64,000 nucleotides of DNA, from contig JAGCOF010000007.1 of NCBI GenBank assembly GCA_017645585.1, positions 49 through 64,048 of the forward strand, written 5' to 3'. Below the pieces are notes generated by a model that was given only the letters and a program-made list of their open reading frames with translations, was not told the origin of the DNA and ran no database searches. A program made the position numbers and the translations under genes. This document shows, one piece after another, positions 17,633 to 29,700 of this stretch (position 1 is the stretch's first letter; every line of letters begins with the position of its first letter). The stretch is from Bacteroidales bacterium (GTDB lineage Bacteria > Bacteroidota > Bacteroidia > Bacteroidales > P3).

Positions 17633-19411
17633 ATGAAACAGATAGCATTATTCTTCGTCGCCTTCGTAGCCATTGGGCAGTCTATATGGGCATCGGATTT
17701 TTCCGTTGTCGTTTCAAGCGGACAGACACTTAACTTTCAGTTCCTTAGCAGCAACACCGTTGAGATCACACGCTCAAGCGGGGCCTCTGGCGATCTTGTC
17801 ATCCCAGGCTTTGTCACCTACGATGGACTCAGTTATTATGTTACCTCCATCGGCTACTACGCCTTCTCTGTTTGCCCTCTGACCTCCGTCACCATCCCCA
17901 ATACGGTGACCAACATCGGTGAAGGTGCCTTTTCCGGATGCTATCTTGTGAAATCATTGTTTATTCCAAGCTCGGTGACCACCATCGGTTCAAATGCATT
18001 CACCTCCTTGCGGCATATCGAATATTATGGCAACGCGACGGGTGCCCCCTGGGGTGCTCAGCTAATGAATGGTTATGTTGATGAGGATTTTGTTTACACC
18101 ACTACCACAAAAGATGTCTTGGTGGGGTATCTGGGTGATGAAACCGACCTGGTTATACCCAATACGGTGACCTCGATAGATGGAGCGTTCTTCCACTACA
18201 ATCGCATTACATCCGTCGTTCTCCCCAACTCGTTGGCCCACATTGGGGTTAATTCATTCTACAATTGCAGCCTTCTGACTTCCATTGTATTTCCCCAATC
18301 GTTGGTCTCTATCGGCAGTTCGGCCTTCTATGGTTGCAGTGGCTTAACTTCTGTCGATATTCCCGACTCGGTGACCAGCATCGACTACGCGGCCTTCCAA
18401 GGTTGCAGCGGCCTGACGTCCGTCACGCTCTCCAATTCACTGACCAGCATCAGCAGCAATGTCTTCAGAGCATGTAGTACACTGACATCCATCGTTATAC
18501 CGGATAGGGTAACCACCATTAGCGCTTCGGCCTTTGCTTCTTGCACAAGTTTGGCTTCCATCACACTTCCCAACTCATTGATTGTCATTGGAGACAATGC
18601 TTTCTTTTCATGCAGAGTCACCTCCATCACTATACCTAATTCAGTTACCAGCATTGGCAACAATGCATTCCTAAGTTGCTCAGGGCTGACATCTTTCACA
18701 ATCCCCGATGCTGTGACTTTCGTTGGCAACAGAGCATTGAACGGTTGCAGTAACATCACAACCCTCACCATAGGCAGTTCGGTGAACTACATAGGGGAGG
18801 GCGCTTTCAATGGTTGCGGCAGTTTGACCGAGATAACGTCAAGGGCATTTACGCCAGCGCTTTTATACATTGGAGCACCTGCTGGTGTGTTTGCCGGCAT
18901 CAACCCCAATATTCCTCTCTACATCCCCTGTGGCAGCCTGTCGTCATACAGCACAGCCGGCTGGGACTATTTCTCCAATTATTTGGACAGTATCACCTTC
19001 ACATTCAATGTAGTCTCTGCTGACAATACTATGGGTAGCGTCGACGTATTGACGCAGCCTACTTGCACAGAGCCCACCGCAGTATTTTCGGCAACAGCCT
19101 CCGATGGCTACCACTTCCTTCGGTGGAGTGACGGCAATATAGACAATCCTCGCACCTTGATGCTCACGCGCGACACCGAACTCTCGGCACACTTTGCCTC
19201 TGGTGGCTCCGAGGCTATTGGCGAAATCTATAAAGATGACATACTCATCTACGCTGCTAACGGGCATATTGTGATTGAAGGCACACTGAATGAGTCAGTA
19301 ACTGTGTACGACATGCTGGGGCGCGAGGTGGGCGACCATGCGCTGCCTGCGGGCATCTATATGGTGCGCGTGGGTAACCTACCAACACGCAAAGTGGCGG
19401 TACTCAGATAA
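17633..19411 (+). CDS. BspA-like leucine-rich-repeat surface protein with T9SS C-terminal sorting domain
   Basis: More than 12 repeats of the ~23-aa unit L.S..IP.SVTSIG..AF..C..L, a signal peptide, and a C-terminal T9SS tail (VTVYDMLGREV...GIYMVRVGNLPTRKVAVLR). Confidence 0.8.
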   Translation: MKQIALFFVAFVAIGQSIWASDFSVVVSSGQTLNFQFLSSNTVEITRSSGASGDLVIPGFVTYDGLSYYVTSIGYYAFSVCPLTSVTIPNTVTNIGEGAFSGCYLVKSLFIPSSVTTIGSNAFTSLRHIEYYGNATGAPWGAQLMNGYVDEDFVYTTTTKDVLVGYLGDETDLVIPNTVTSIDGAFFHYNRITSVVLPNSLAHIGVNSFYNCSLLTSIVFPQSLVSIGSSAFYGCSGLTSVDIPDSVTSIDYAAFQGCSGLTSVTLSNSLTSISSNVFRACSTLTSIVIPDRVTTISASAFASCTSLASITLPNSLIVIGDNAFFSCRVTSITIPNSVTSIGNNAFLSCSGLTSFTIPDAVTFVGNRALNGCSNITTLTIGSSVNYIGEGAFNGCGSLTEITSRAFTPALLYIGAPAGVFAGINPNIPLYIPCGSLSSYSTAGWDYFSNYLDSITFTFNVVSADNTMGSVDVLTQPTCTEPTAVFSATASDGYHFLRWSDGNIDNPRTLMLTRDTELSAHFASGGSEAIGEIYKDDILIYAANGHIVIEGTLNESVTVYDMLGREVGDHALPAGIYMVRVGNLPTRKVAVLR

Positions 19412-19416
19412 TCCTA

Positions 19417-20733
19417 TCAAGCACAGGTAAGGCGCAGGATGCGGCGGGTGGAGGGGGTGACGCGGAAGCGGTTGTCGGCACGGAGACCGACGAGCCACAC
19501 GACGCGGCCCTCGGCGTCAAGGAGCACATGGACGTGACGCTTCTCGACAAGACTTAGTTTACAATCTTTCAAGAAATCGCTGACCAAGCGCGACTGCTTC
19601 ATGCCGAAAGGACAGAAGCGGTCGCCGGCACGCCACAGGTGCAGCGTAAGGGGCTGCCGCAGGAGGTCGGCGTCGACAAAGATGGTCGAGGAGTCGGTGA
19701 CCGGTAGCCGGTGGCCGGTAGTGACTTCCTCAATGTTGATTGTGGGGGGCTCGGGAGTCGTCAGGGGGGCGACGACGAGGCGGCTGCGGTCGACGACGGC
19801 CTCATGGGTGGGCGAACAATGGCGACTACCGGTACGCAGGGGTTTGGCGAGGATGGCGGCAGCACTGTCGGCGCCGAAACCATAGGGACGCAGCAACTCG
19901 TAGAGGAGTGTGGCACGCGGCGCGGGGAGGTCTTGCAACTGAATAGTGATGAGCGAGGAATGATACGTAGGGAGGCGCGAGGGCTCCTCGGCGACGAGGC
20001 GCGCACAGAGGTCGGCGACGTAGCGGTCGTAGACCTCGCCGGCATCGGCGAAGCGGTCTATGTCGGCCTGCAGGGTGGCATCGAAGGAGGGGTATAGCTC
20101 GCGCAGGAGCGGCAGCACACGGAGGCGCAAGGCGTTGCGGCGCGTATCGGCCTCATAGTTGGTGCTATCGTCGACAAAGTCAAGCCCACGGTCGGCAACA
20201 TAGCGGTCGATATCGGCCCGCGAGAAGCACAGCATGGGGCGAACGACGGTGAGTGGTGAGTGGTGAGTGATGAGCTGTGAGTGGGGACGTATGCCGTGGA
20301 GGCCGTGGAGGCCTGTGCCGCGCAGGAGGTTGAGGAAGAGGGTCTCGATGGAGTCATCGCGGTGGTGGGCGGTGACCACACAGGGGTAGCCGTGGGCGGC
20401 GCAGAGGTCGGCGAAGTAGTCGTAGCGCAAGTGGCGTGCGGCTTCCTCGATGCTCTCGCGGTGGGCATCGGCATAGGCACGGGTGTCGAAATCGACGGTG
20501 TGGAAGGGAACCTGGAGCCGTGCAGCGAGGCTGCGCACGAATTGCTGGTCACGGTTGCTCTCGTCGCCACGCAGGTGAAAGTTGCAATGGGCGATGGCGA
20601 AGGGAAGCGCGGCGCGGTGCATAAGGTCGGTGAGGGCCACCGAGTCGCGTCCGCCACTGACGGCCAGCAGCACCTGCCGCCCGTCGGGGAGGAGGTGCTG
20701 CCGGTCGATATAGTCCTTGAATTGCTGTAGCAT
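19417..20733 (-). CDS. tilS: tRNA(Ile)-lysidine synthetase
   Basis: PP-loop motif LLAVSGGRDSVAL, 438 aa. The ATG overlaps the stop codon of the upstream giant gene (TAATG). Confidence 0.85.
   Translation of the reverse strand: MLQQFKDYIDRQHLLPDGRQVLLAVSGGRDSVALTDLMHRAALPFAIAHCNFHLRGDESNRDQQFVRSLAARLQVPFHTVDFDTRAYADAHRESIEEAARHLRYDYFADLCAAHGYPCVVTAHHRDDSIETLFLNLLRGTGLHGLHGIRPHSQLITHHSPLTVVRPMLCFSRADIDRYVADRGLDFVDDSTNYEADTRRNALRLRVLPLLRELYPSFDATLQADIDRFADAGEVYDRYVADLCARLVAEEPSRLPTYHSSLITIQLQDLPAPRATLLYELLRPYGFGADSAAAILAKPLRTGSRHCSPTHEAVVDRSRLVVAPLTTPEPPTINIEEVTTGHRLPVTDSSTIFVDADLLRQPLTLHLWRAGDRFCPFGMKQSRLVSDFLKDCKLSLVEKRHVHVLLDAEGRVVWLVGLRADNRFRVTPSTRRILRLTCA
20248..20282 (-). repeat. Heptanucleotide tandem array (GGTGAGT)x3 perfect plus 2 degenerate units, inside tilS
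   Basis: ggtgagt ggtgagt ggtgagt gatgagc tgtgagt on the plus strand. It encodes PHSQLITHHSPLT on the coding strand. Confidence 0.8.
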
Positions 20734-23700
20734 TACCGCAGAATCATCTTGCGCATCTGACGCTGGCCGTCGACCTCGATGCCGTAGAAGTAGAAGCCCG
20801 CGGGGTAGGCGTCCATGTCGATGGTGATGGTGTTGTCGCCGGCCTGGTAGAAGCGTTCGGCAGAGTGCACTATGTGGCCCATGGCGTCCATGACGAAGAA
20901 GCGCACGGTAGCTGCGTTAGGCAGGGTGAAGGGGATTGTGGTCTGATGGGTAAAGGGGTTGGGATAGTTCTGGTCGAGGATGAAGCGGTCGGCGTTGACA
21001 GTGGGGATGCCCTCCACGTAGTTGACCACCTCGACGACCGAGGTCTGGTTGTTGACGTTGTTGTTGTCACCCGGGATCTCCAACACGCGGCCCGTGCCCT
21101 CGTAGTGACGGGTGGGCGACTTGGGAATGGTGCGGTCGAACTCGATGTGGATGGTCTGCCCGGCATTGATGCGGCGACGGACGTTGTAGGAGAGGTCGTT
21201 GCCGTTGATGGTGGCGCGCAGACGGAGCGTCTTGTCCACAAGGGCCAGGTTGCCGATGTTGCGCAACTCCATGAAGACGCGGCAGTCGTTGCTGGCGTTC
21301 TCCTCAACAAGCACCTTCACAACCTCGATGTCGGTGTACTGCTCGGCAAAGACGTTGGTGGTGTCGTTAGAGGGGTCGTTGTCGTTGTCAATGTGTACGT
21401 AGGCGGAGACATGGCTGTAGGGTGCCGGACGGACGGGCAGAACACTGTCGAAGAGGTAATAGCCGCGAGTGAGTGCCGGCAAAGGTAACGTGCTGCCATA
21501 GGTTTCGCGCACCATGGTGCTGGTGTCGTTATCAATCCAATAGCCCACCTCGAAGTAGTTGGCACCACGGGCACCACGATTGTCAATCACCAAACCGATG
21601 CGCACATCGTTGATTGAGGTTAAGGTGTCGAGGATGACTGCCGCTGCCGCCAGGTCGCTGACGGAGGTGATGCCCTCGACGCGCTTGGTGATGGTGTCGT
21701 TGTAGATGTATTCGTTGGTGTCGCTCTTGATGTAGGCGGTGAGGTTCATCAAGCCCATATAGGCGCGCATAGGATGACGGAAGGTGTAGTTGTAATACTC
21801 GTTGAACAGCAGCGGCCTACCCAAGAGGGCGTTGAAGTCCAGCTCCTCGTTCACGAGGTCAAGACCATTGACAGTGAAAGAGGCAACAGCATGATAGACC
21901 GGGTTGACGCCGAAGTTGCGAACACGCATGGTGACATGTACATCGGTGTCGCCGGCAATGATGTAGTCGAGCGGTGCGAGGAATTCCTCGGCGCTGATGT
22001 CGTTGTCAAGCGGTGCCAAGTAGAAGGGACGCTTGGCGCTGTCATTGTCATAGTAAATATCGGCCGCCTGGATGGTAAAGGCCTGGATGTAGAAGGTGTC
22101 GGGGAAGTCGCTGGTGACAATGAAGGGAGCGTCGAAGAGGAAGGTGTCGGTGGCAAGAGGCGCCAAGACGGTGTTGATGGTGGACTCGCTGGCGAGGTTG
22201 GTACCATAGTGTGTGTAGGCTATCTGGAACTGACGGATGGTGTCAGTGCCGTAGTTCTTCACCACGACCTCGGGATAGAGCGTCTGACCATACTTGGGTT
22301 CGACAGGCTTGGTGATGTCAATGACACCCACATCAACACTGCGACGGGCGCGACCTATGCGGAAGTCGTCGACAGCACAGCCCTCACCGAAGGCTGCGTT
22401 GGCGCCTCCCATCGGCGTGGTGTAGACCAAACGGAACTGCAAGCGCTCGGGGAAGTCGCCACTCACCAGACTGCTGGGGATGTAGTAGCGGGTGTAGCTC
22501 TCGTTATTGGAGGTGGTGCCTTCAAAGACGCGGTTTTCCAAATCTGTGTAGAAGGTAAAGACCGAATCGTGGTCAAGCTTGACCCACTTATTCTCAAAGT
22601 TGTAAAATTCAACATGCAGGGCGCTTCCGCCGGTAAGGTTGCGCCTCAGACGGAAGGAGATGGTGTCGGGTCGTATCTGCGAGATGTTGATAATCGGTGA
22701 GTAGAGATAACTGACGTTACCGCGAGTACCTGTTTGAATATTGTTGCGGAGGTCGGTAACCCAGGCATATTCTCCCGAGTAAGTGGTGTCGATGCGTGTT
22801 TTGTTTGGCATGCCACGCTCCCAATAGTTGTGCGTGTATTCACTATATTGTGGTGTATTCTCGTTATAGCCAGTGGGAGCATACCAGAGGTTTTCAGACT
22901 CGAAGTCATCGTTCATAATCAACCTGACAACATAGAACTTGTTGTACTCGTGGGTCAACAGGTTGTTGCCGGCATTGGCATCACCTTCCATTTCGTGCCA
23001 GATGGTGAGTGTAGAGGTGCCGTATGGGAAGAAGTGTTCCGGCAGGGCAACGATGGTGCTGGTGCCACCAGCAAGGTTGCCGGTCCAATGGATGACACCC
23101 GCGGCGGTAGTGTCGATGGTGTCGCCAACAAAGCTGTAGTTGATATCCACGTTGGTGATGGGCTGTGTGCCGAGGTTGGTCATGCGGAACTTGACTTGCT
23201 TGGGAGTATGGTCGAGCACCAAAGGATTGCGCATGGTGATAAACTGTGTGAGGGCGAGGTCCTTTGCTGGCGGTTCCTTATCGACACAGAGCAAGAAGTC
23301 AATTGCATGGCCATCATAATCGGAAGCAACACCGTTGAACGGAATAACGCTATTGTCGGAATAAGAAGCGTACATGCCCACTACCACGCGCATGCGCATG
23401 TAGCCGTAGGAGGCCGACTGCGGGATGGTGATGGAGTAGGCCGGAGTCTCGTTGTCATAGAAGGTCTCGCCGCTAACGGCCATCTCTTCCAATGAGAACT
23501 CTCCGCTACGGTCATAATCGATGAAGGCCCACGCCTTGAGACGGAAGGTCTGCGCAGTAGCGTCGAAGGGCGTAATCTGGAGCACCAAGGAGTCTTGCGT
23601 GCCACGATAGACGTGCACCACAGGATAGTCGGGCGAGGAGAAGGAGGCCAAGTTAGTGTAGCCACGGCCAAGGGGAGGCATCTCGATGTCAATCTGGTTG

Positions 23701-26700
23701 AACGAGACACGTGTAATATCAAAGGAGGTGGAGCTTGGAGCGGCAGCGGCAGCATAGGTATCTTCTTTCTTTGTGGTGAAAGCATACGGCGTACGGATAG
23801 TGTCGTTGCGTCGTACCATATCGGTAGCAAGATCAGTCCAGACCTTAAGGGTATAGTTCTGTACCGCAGTCAACGTATTGGTAATGTTGAGTAGTGTATC
23901 GAATGTATAGATGTATGTCTCACCAGGGAGGATGGTTGCAGTCACGGTTTCCGTCACAGTCTGCAGAATATTGTTGTTCTTCTTCAACTGATAAGTGATG
24001 GGGAAGTTGGACTCGGCCGTGTATCCGTAATTGGCAATGCGGATGCGCACGGTGTCGTTCTCCATATAGACACGGCTACCCAGCGGTGCCAGCACAGCCT
24101 CATAGGCTATATCGTGCTCAACGGGTGGAGCCACATGCACGGTGACTGAAGAGAAGTAGCTGGGACAGTTCTTGTCGCTGAAACACTGCAGATAATAGGT
24201 AGAGTCATGGAAATACTGTGGGGTATTGTTCCAAAGACGCGAAGTATTGTAGTTGCTGGGGCTATAGAACGGCGCATCAGTCGAGTCACGGTGCCAACGG
24301 ATGGGTCGGCTTGCCAAAGAGGCGGCCGAATGGGCTGTGTGCTGCTCAGCACGTACAGCACCCCAAGTGCCATAGGCAAGGGTGGTGTCGTGTCCGAGGG
24401 GCGGTGTGGGACGGTAGTGGGAGTTTTTGTTCACCCATGCCGTGGTGTCGTTGGTATTCGTTATATCGTACTGATAGTTGCACCAGCCTCTGACTTTCAC
24501 CACAATATTGAGCGCCGTGTCAGTCGGGTAAAGGTTGGCCAAGCTGTCAAAGGTGAATACCTTGGTGGCGGAGGCAAGCGGTAACAGGTCATCGTCGAAA
24601 GTCACCCACTCCTCTACTGTACCTGTCATTCCTGGAATCACCAGATTGGCAGGTGTCTTGACTTCGCATTGGTAGCCTATCTTGGCCTGCATGCCAGAGG
24701 CAAAGGTCTTACGGCCTTCGTTCTTGAGGGTAATCTGGACTTGTGCATTGTTCATATCACATCCCGCGGGTGTAGCCGGATCGATTACCGTCACCAACTG
24801 TGCTTTCAAGTTGTAGGCTGGGTCAAGGAAAACATGCGTCGAGTCGTAGTTGTTGTCCAACGTGGTGTCAGTTTCACAAATCAGCATTACACGCAATAAC
24901 TGCATGTCAATGATGCCCAAAGCAGTGGGAATCATCACCGTATCAGTCTTAAACTGCGCAGGCAGGAAGTTGCCAAGCGAAATAGTATCGGAGTGCGTTT
25001 CGGCCTCATGGTCTTTGAGATAAGTATACCAACGGACATTCAATTCATTGGAACGACCATTGTTGTAGAACTTCACTATCACACGGAGCGAGTCACTCTC
25101 CACGTTCTGCGGATTGGCGTTAAGCACAGGTTCAATAATGCGCACAATGGCCATATCGTGATTGAGACGTTCCATCTCATGGGCACCGATAGTAGGCGTA
25201 GGAATCTGCGGACGGATGTTACCGTCGATATCGTCGGGCACTTCTGTATTGTACTGCGCCTTGTCGACGAGGTTCGTCATAGTTAGGTGCAGGTCCTCCA
25301 TGGAGACGAAGTACGGCTCTTCAAAGAGTGAGTTGCCGTCGTCGCCATTGGCTCCCTGCATCATAGCCAACGACTGGTAACCCAAGCCCCAGAAGAACGG
25401 CGCGGCACTCTGAGTATAATAGGCGTTGAAGTTGGAGGTGGTGACGGTGTTCAGTGCAGCAACATAGTAAGTGTAACCATAACTGAAGTTGGAGAAGATG
25501 TTATTCAACACCTGCAGGTGGGATACCGTATTGCCGCAGAAGAAGCCATAGGACATATCGGCGGTGTTCGTTGCGTTGGTACCATAAACACGCACAGTGT
25601 TGAAGAATATATTGAGGTAAGTGGAAGAGGAGTCAATCACTATACCCGCCGAAGCTGCCTTGTTGTTGATGTTCGGCAAACCCTTGGATGCTGTACCATA
25701 GGTACTAATCATGTTATTGGCGATATAGCCCTGGTTAAGGACGGTGCCACAGACATTTTCTAATTGGATGCCTCGCTTGGCACCCTGGGTGGCGTCAATC
25801 AAGTAGATTTGGTTCTTCTGGATAGAAACGCTGTCAGTGATTGCTGCAAGATAGATACCTATCAAACCGCGGCTGTTGTTGGCGTTGCCGGAACGCAGAA
25901 TATTCTGGTCAACCTTGACGCTTGATGCTCCACGCAAATAGACACCCCATGAGGCAAAGCCATTGAATGTGTTGTTAGTGACTGTGATACTTGTAAGGCT
26001 CTGTGCAAAACCGGCATTAACCGAATAGAAGCCACTATCCATGACATTATTGAACACTCTCAATCCCGAAACATCTCCCTGTAATACTAAGCAGGAGGCA
26101 TCCTTGTTGGCAATCGTGCCTTTCACGCGGAGGTTGCTGTTCGTGATATTCACATTGCTGGAATTGGCAATCACCAAAGCATTGCCATAGTTTCCAGAAG
26201 CAGGACGTGACGCAATCGTGATGTTATTGATTCTGACATTGGAGGCTCCGTCGAGCTTCATGACAAAGTTATTGGCCTGCGTGGTGGCCGCTTTCAGCCA
26301 CACACTGTCGTTCTGGCCCGAGAATGTGATGGTGTTGGTCACAGAACTACCATACACCTCACCCAAAATCACTTGCTCATTATATCCACCATTGGCCACT
26401 TGGAAAGTCACCGGTCCGGCAATACCAACAATGTTAAGTGTATCTATGGCAGCCCCAAACGTATGGTAATCTGCACTACTATCAGCTCCAATGGTGTAGA
26501 TGCCTCCACAGAAACGAACCATGAAGGATCGGGTGATGGTATCGTTGCTTGTCACATTGTCATTCTCCGCACCTGCCACAACGGTTATCGTGTGTCGACC
26601 GGGGATGAAGGTTCGATTGAACAATGTTGCTCCATGCAGCTGTCCGGGAAGGATGGTATCTGTCACATAAATACTATCGACAGCCTCGTCGTCTACAAAG

Positions 26701-29700
26701 TAGTAAAGTTTCAGACCATTGAGCGTGCTATCGCCCTGGTTGCGGATATTGACCACCGGAGCAATTATGTCACAAGAGTTAGGCGCCTCTCCCGTACCAC
26801 CGGCAGAAGGCCAGGTAAGAGCAGCATCGACCGCCGGAACATTGTTTACGTGCACCTGGTAGGTTCTCATATCGCCGGCACAACCAAATCCTTTGCTACC
26901 AAACACGATATTCGGACGGTTAGCATTTCTGGTACCGTTGCCATTGAAGTCTTCAGCCAAAGCAGTATTCTGAGCCTTATACAGTGCGGTATTGGTCTTT
27001 GCGGTGTAACGCGACTGTACACCTGTGGTGATGGCGGCAGGCACCGTGTGGAACAACTGCACCACAATGGAAGATGTGCCGTCCCAATAGAACGGAGTAT
27101 CGAATTCGTGAGTAATCCACTGCTTGCTTTGGCTGCGATAAATCGTCATGGGCTGACGTTGATACACTTCAGTTGTGGCCTTCCATGCATTGTTGGCACT
27201 GAAGATAGTATCGCTCGCAAGACCAAGGGATATCTTATAATCACTGAACACAACCGAGTCACGCTGGGTAGTATTGTTGACCTTGTAGATAGAATCCAAG
27301 AAGAAACTGATGGAGTAAATATTGCCTGCGGCAAGGCCAGCCGCTGCAAGTTCGGAAGGACTGTATATATATTGCTGCTTGGCATAAGTATTGTTAGGCT
27401 GGTAGGGCTGCGGGTAAGCGGTCTTTCCAGGAACTGAGGTACCGGTGCCTACAGTCTTGTACTCGTCGTAGATGGCCGCATACCGTACACCCATCGTACC
27501 GCCATAATACAAAATGTCAGAAACATGAACGTATGCCGTATCCACCGCATTCATATCATAATCATACCACACAGGGATAGTACCTGCCGGGGAAACAATC
27601 GTTATGGTGTCGCGACCGGCATAAGCCACCGTTCGATTAGCAATCGTATCAGGCATCACGGGAGTAAAACGCGACACCACGGTAGCATGGTTTGTATCGT
27701 TAGCATGCGCATTGTCGCCCGGATAAGCTGTCACCCACACATATACAACCACCTCGGTATCCACACCGAGCGCAAGGTTCAGCGGAGTATTGAAAGTATA
27801 AGTGACGCTGTCGTTGCTGCCAACACCCGCAGTCACAGTTTCAGTGACTACAGAAGAACCACCGGTAGAGTAGTTCAGCTGGAAGGAGTCCACATTATTG
27901 GTACCATAGTTGTGCACTGTCACAGTAACATCCTCATCACCCAAACCGCAACCACCATCGGGCAGCACAGGTTCACCCACCGCAAGTTCCACTGCCGGCG
28001 GGTCAAGGATTGCCACAGTCATAACAGCCAACTCGCCTTCGCAACCACGGTCGATATAACGGACCCATTCGCTGTTGGTGCTACCAAGGAACATGGGATT
28101 GTCATCCGTAGAATAAGCCCAGTCTGTAGAATCGCCATTGAAGGCCGTACGGTAGATACCAGCGACGCCATTCTCAAACGGGATAGCTCCACCAGTCCAC
28201 ACATAAGAAGGCACCCCCAAAGTAGACCATTTCACCGCATAATTGGTGTTGGCAGTAATAACAGCATTAAACGGCACAGCATCTTCCACCTTGCCACCGG
28301 TTTTGTATACAAAGGCAATATTGGTGTTGTAGTTGATTGCCGTGTTACCAGAAGCGTTGTTGTAGATGGTCCAATTGGTATCTGTAGCAGCTGTGCTTGA
28401 AAGGAACTGCACCACCAATGAACGACCCGGTTCGATTTTTACATTGCCGAAAGTATAATACTTGGCATTTAATCCTGATGTATTGGGCGAAACAGTCATC
28501 AGAGTGTCACCTTCCAGGTAAGCAGTGGCATCGCCAATATTCGTCAACTGCACAGCTGCTTTACGACCGGTATTCATCCAATATGGCATGGGGGTTGTGC
28601 TACCTGCCGGGATATTCGTTCCCGCAGGCTGTATTATTTCCACCTGCGTGAAGCGCACGATGGGCATGGCTCGACGTTGGCGAATGTAGTATTGCGTATT
28701 CTCGCGCAGGGTGTCGGTCGTATAGGTTTGACCTACATAGAACGGCTCGGCGTCGTTCGGCGTATGATACCAATAAATCTGAGAAGGTCTATTCGGCGCC
28801 GTAGTATCCTCATAGACACTCCATGTATTGACACCTGCCGTCGGCGTCACATCGGTCGCGGTGGCATAGTTGGTCCACACCGTGTCGTCATCGGGGGCTG
28901 CCGGATGGTAGCGGCTGATAACCATAAAGGTGTTGGTGTCGTTGGTCTGGTTGGGGTCTTGTGTGTAGGTGGTCCACACACGGACGTAATAGGTCGAATC
29001 CTCCACACCGTTGGCCGGCAGATGTAACGTGTGACCGGTAGGTATCGTCACCGTGTCTTCCGCCGGAACCGACTGCGTTACATTGAACGTGGTAACCGTG
29101 CCATCATTCACCTGATAGGAAAGCTGCAGGTTTTGTCCAACTCCATAGGTGTAACTGTTCACACCGCTGTTGCGCATCACGATTACCAGCTCTACCTGAT
29201 CCGGCATGTAGCAGTCTTCTGCCAGAGGACTCAGCATCGATTCTGGCTCAAAGTCATAGTCCAACGAAACGAACTCAAAAGCACCCACACAGGGTCCAAC
29301 GGTGTCACGCGGAGTGCCGAACAAGTCGGTCGGCACTGACGGCATCGGCACTGCAAGTCCTTTCACCTGACGGTTGTAGGTACGCAAGTCCACCAGACTA
29401 CCATTGAGGAAGTTGGGGTTGAGGAAAAGTGATGTTGTATCCTCGGGCACAGCAGTGGTCCAGTTAGCCACCGTGCTGTAGGAGGCGGAGCCCCTGCGGT
29501 TCATCACAGGACCTAATGAGTAGTAAACGTTGTTGCACACTATGTTAGTGGTGCTGGTCAACGGCAAGTAACTCAACGCATAGTTCACCTCGTCGAGTGT
29601 CACTACAATATTGTTCATAAAGCGGCTGTAGTTCAGCACACCACCACCAAAGGTGGCTGCCGCTACGTTGCCACGCGCCGGTGCCGTCATCTTCACCGAG

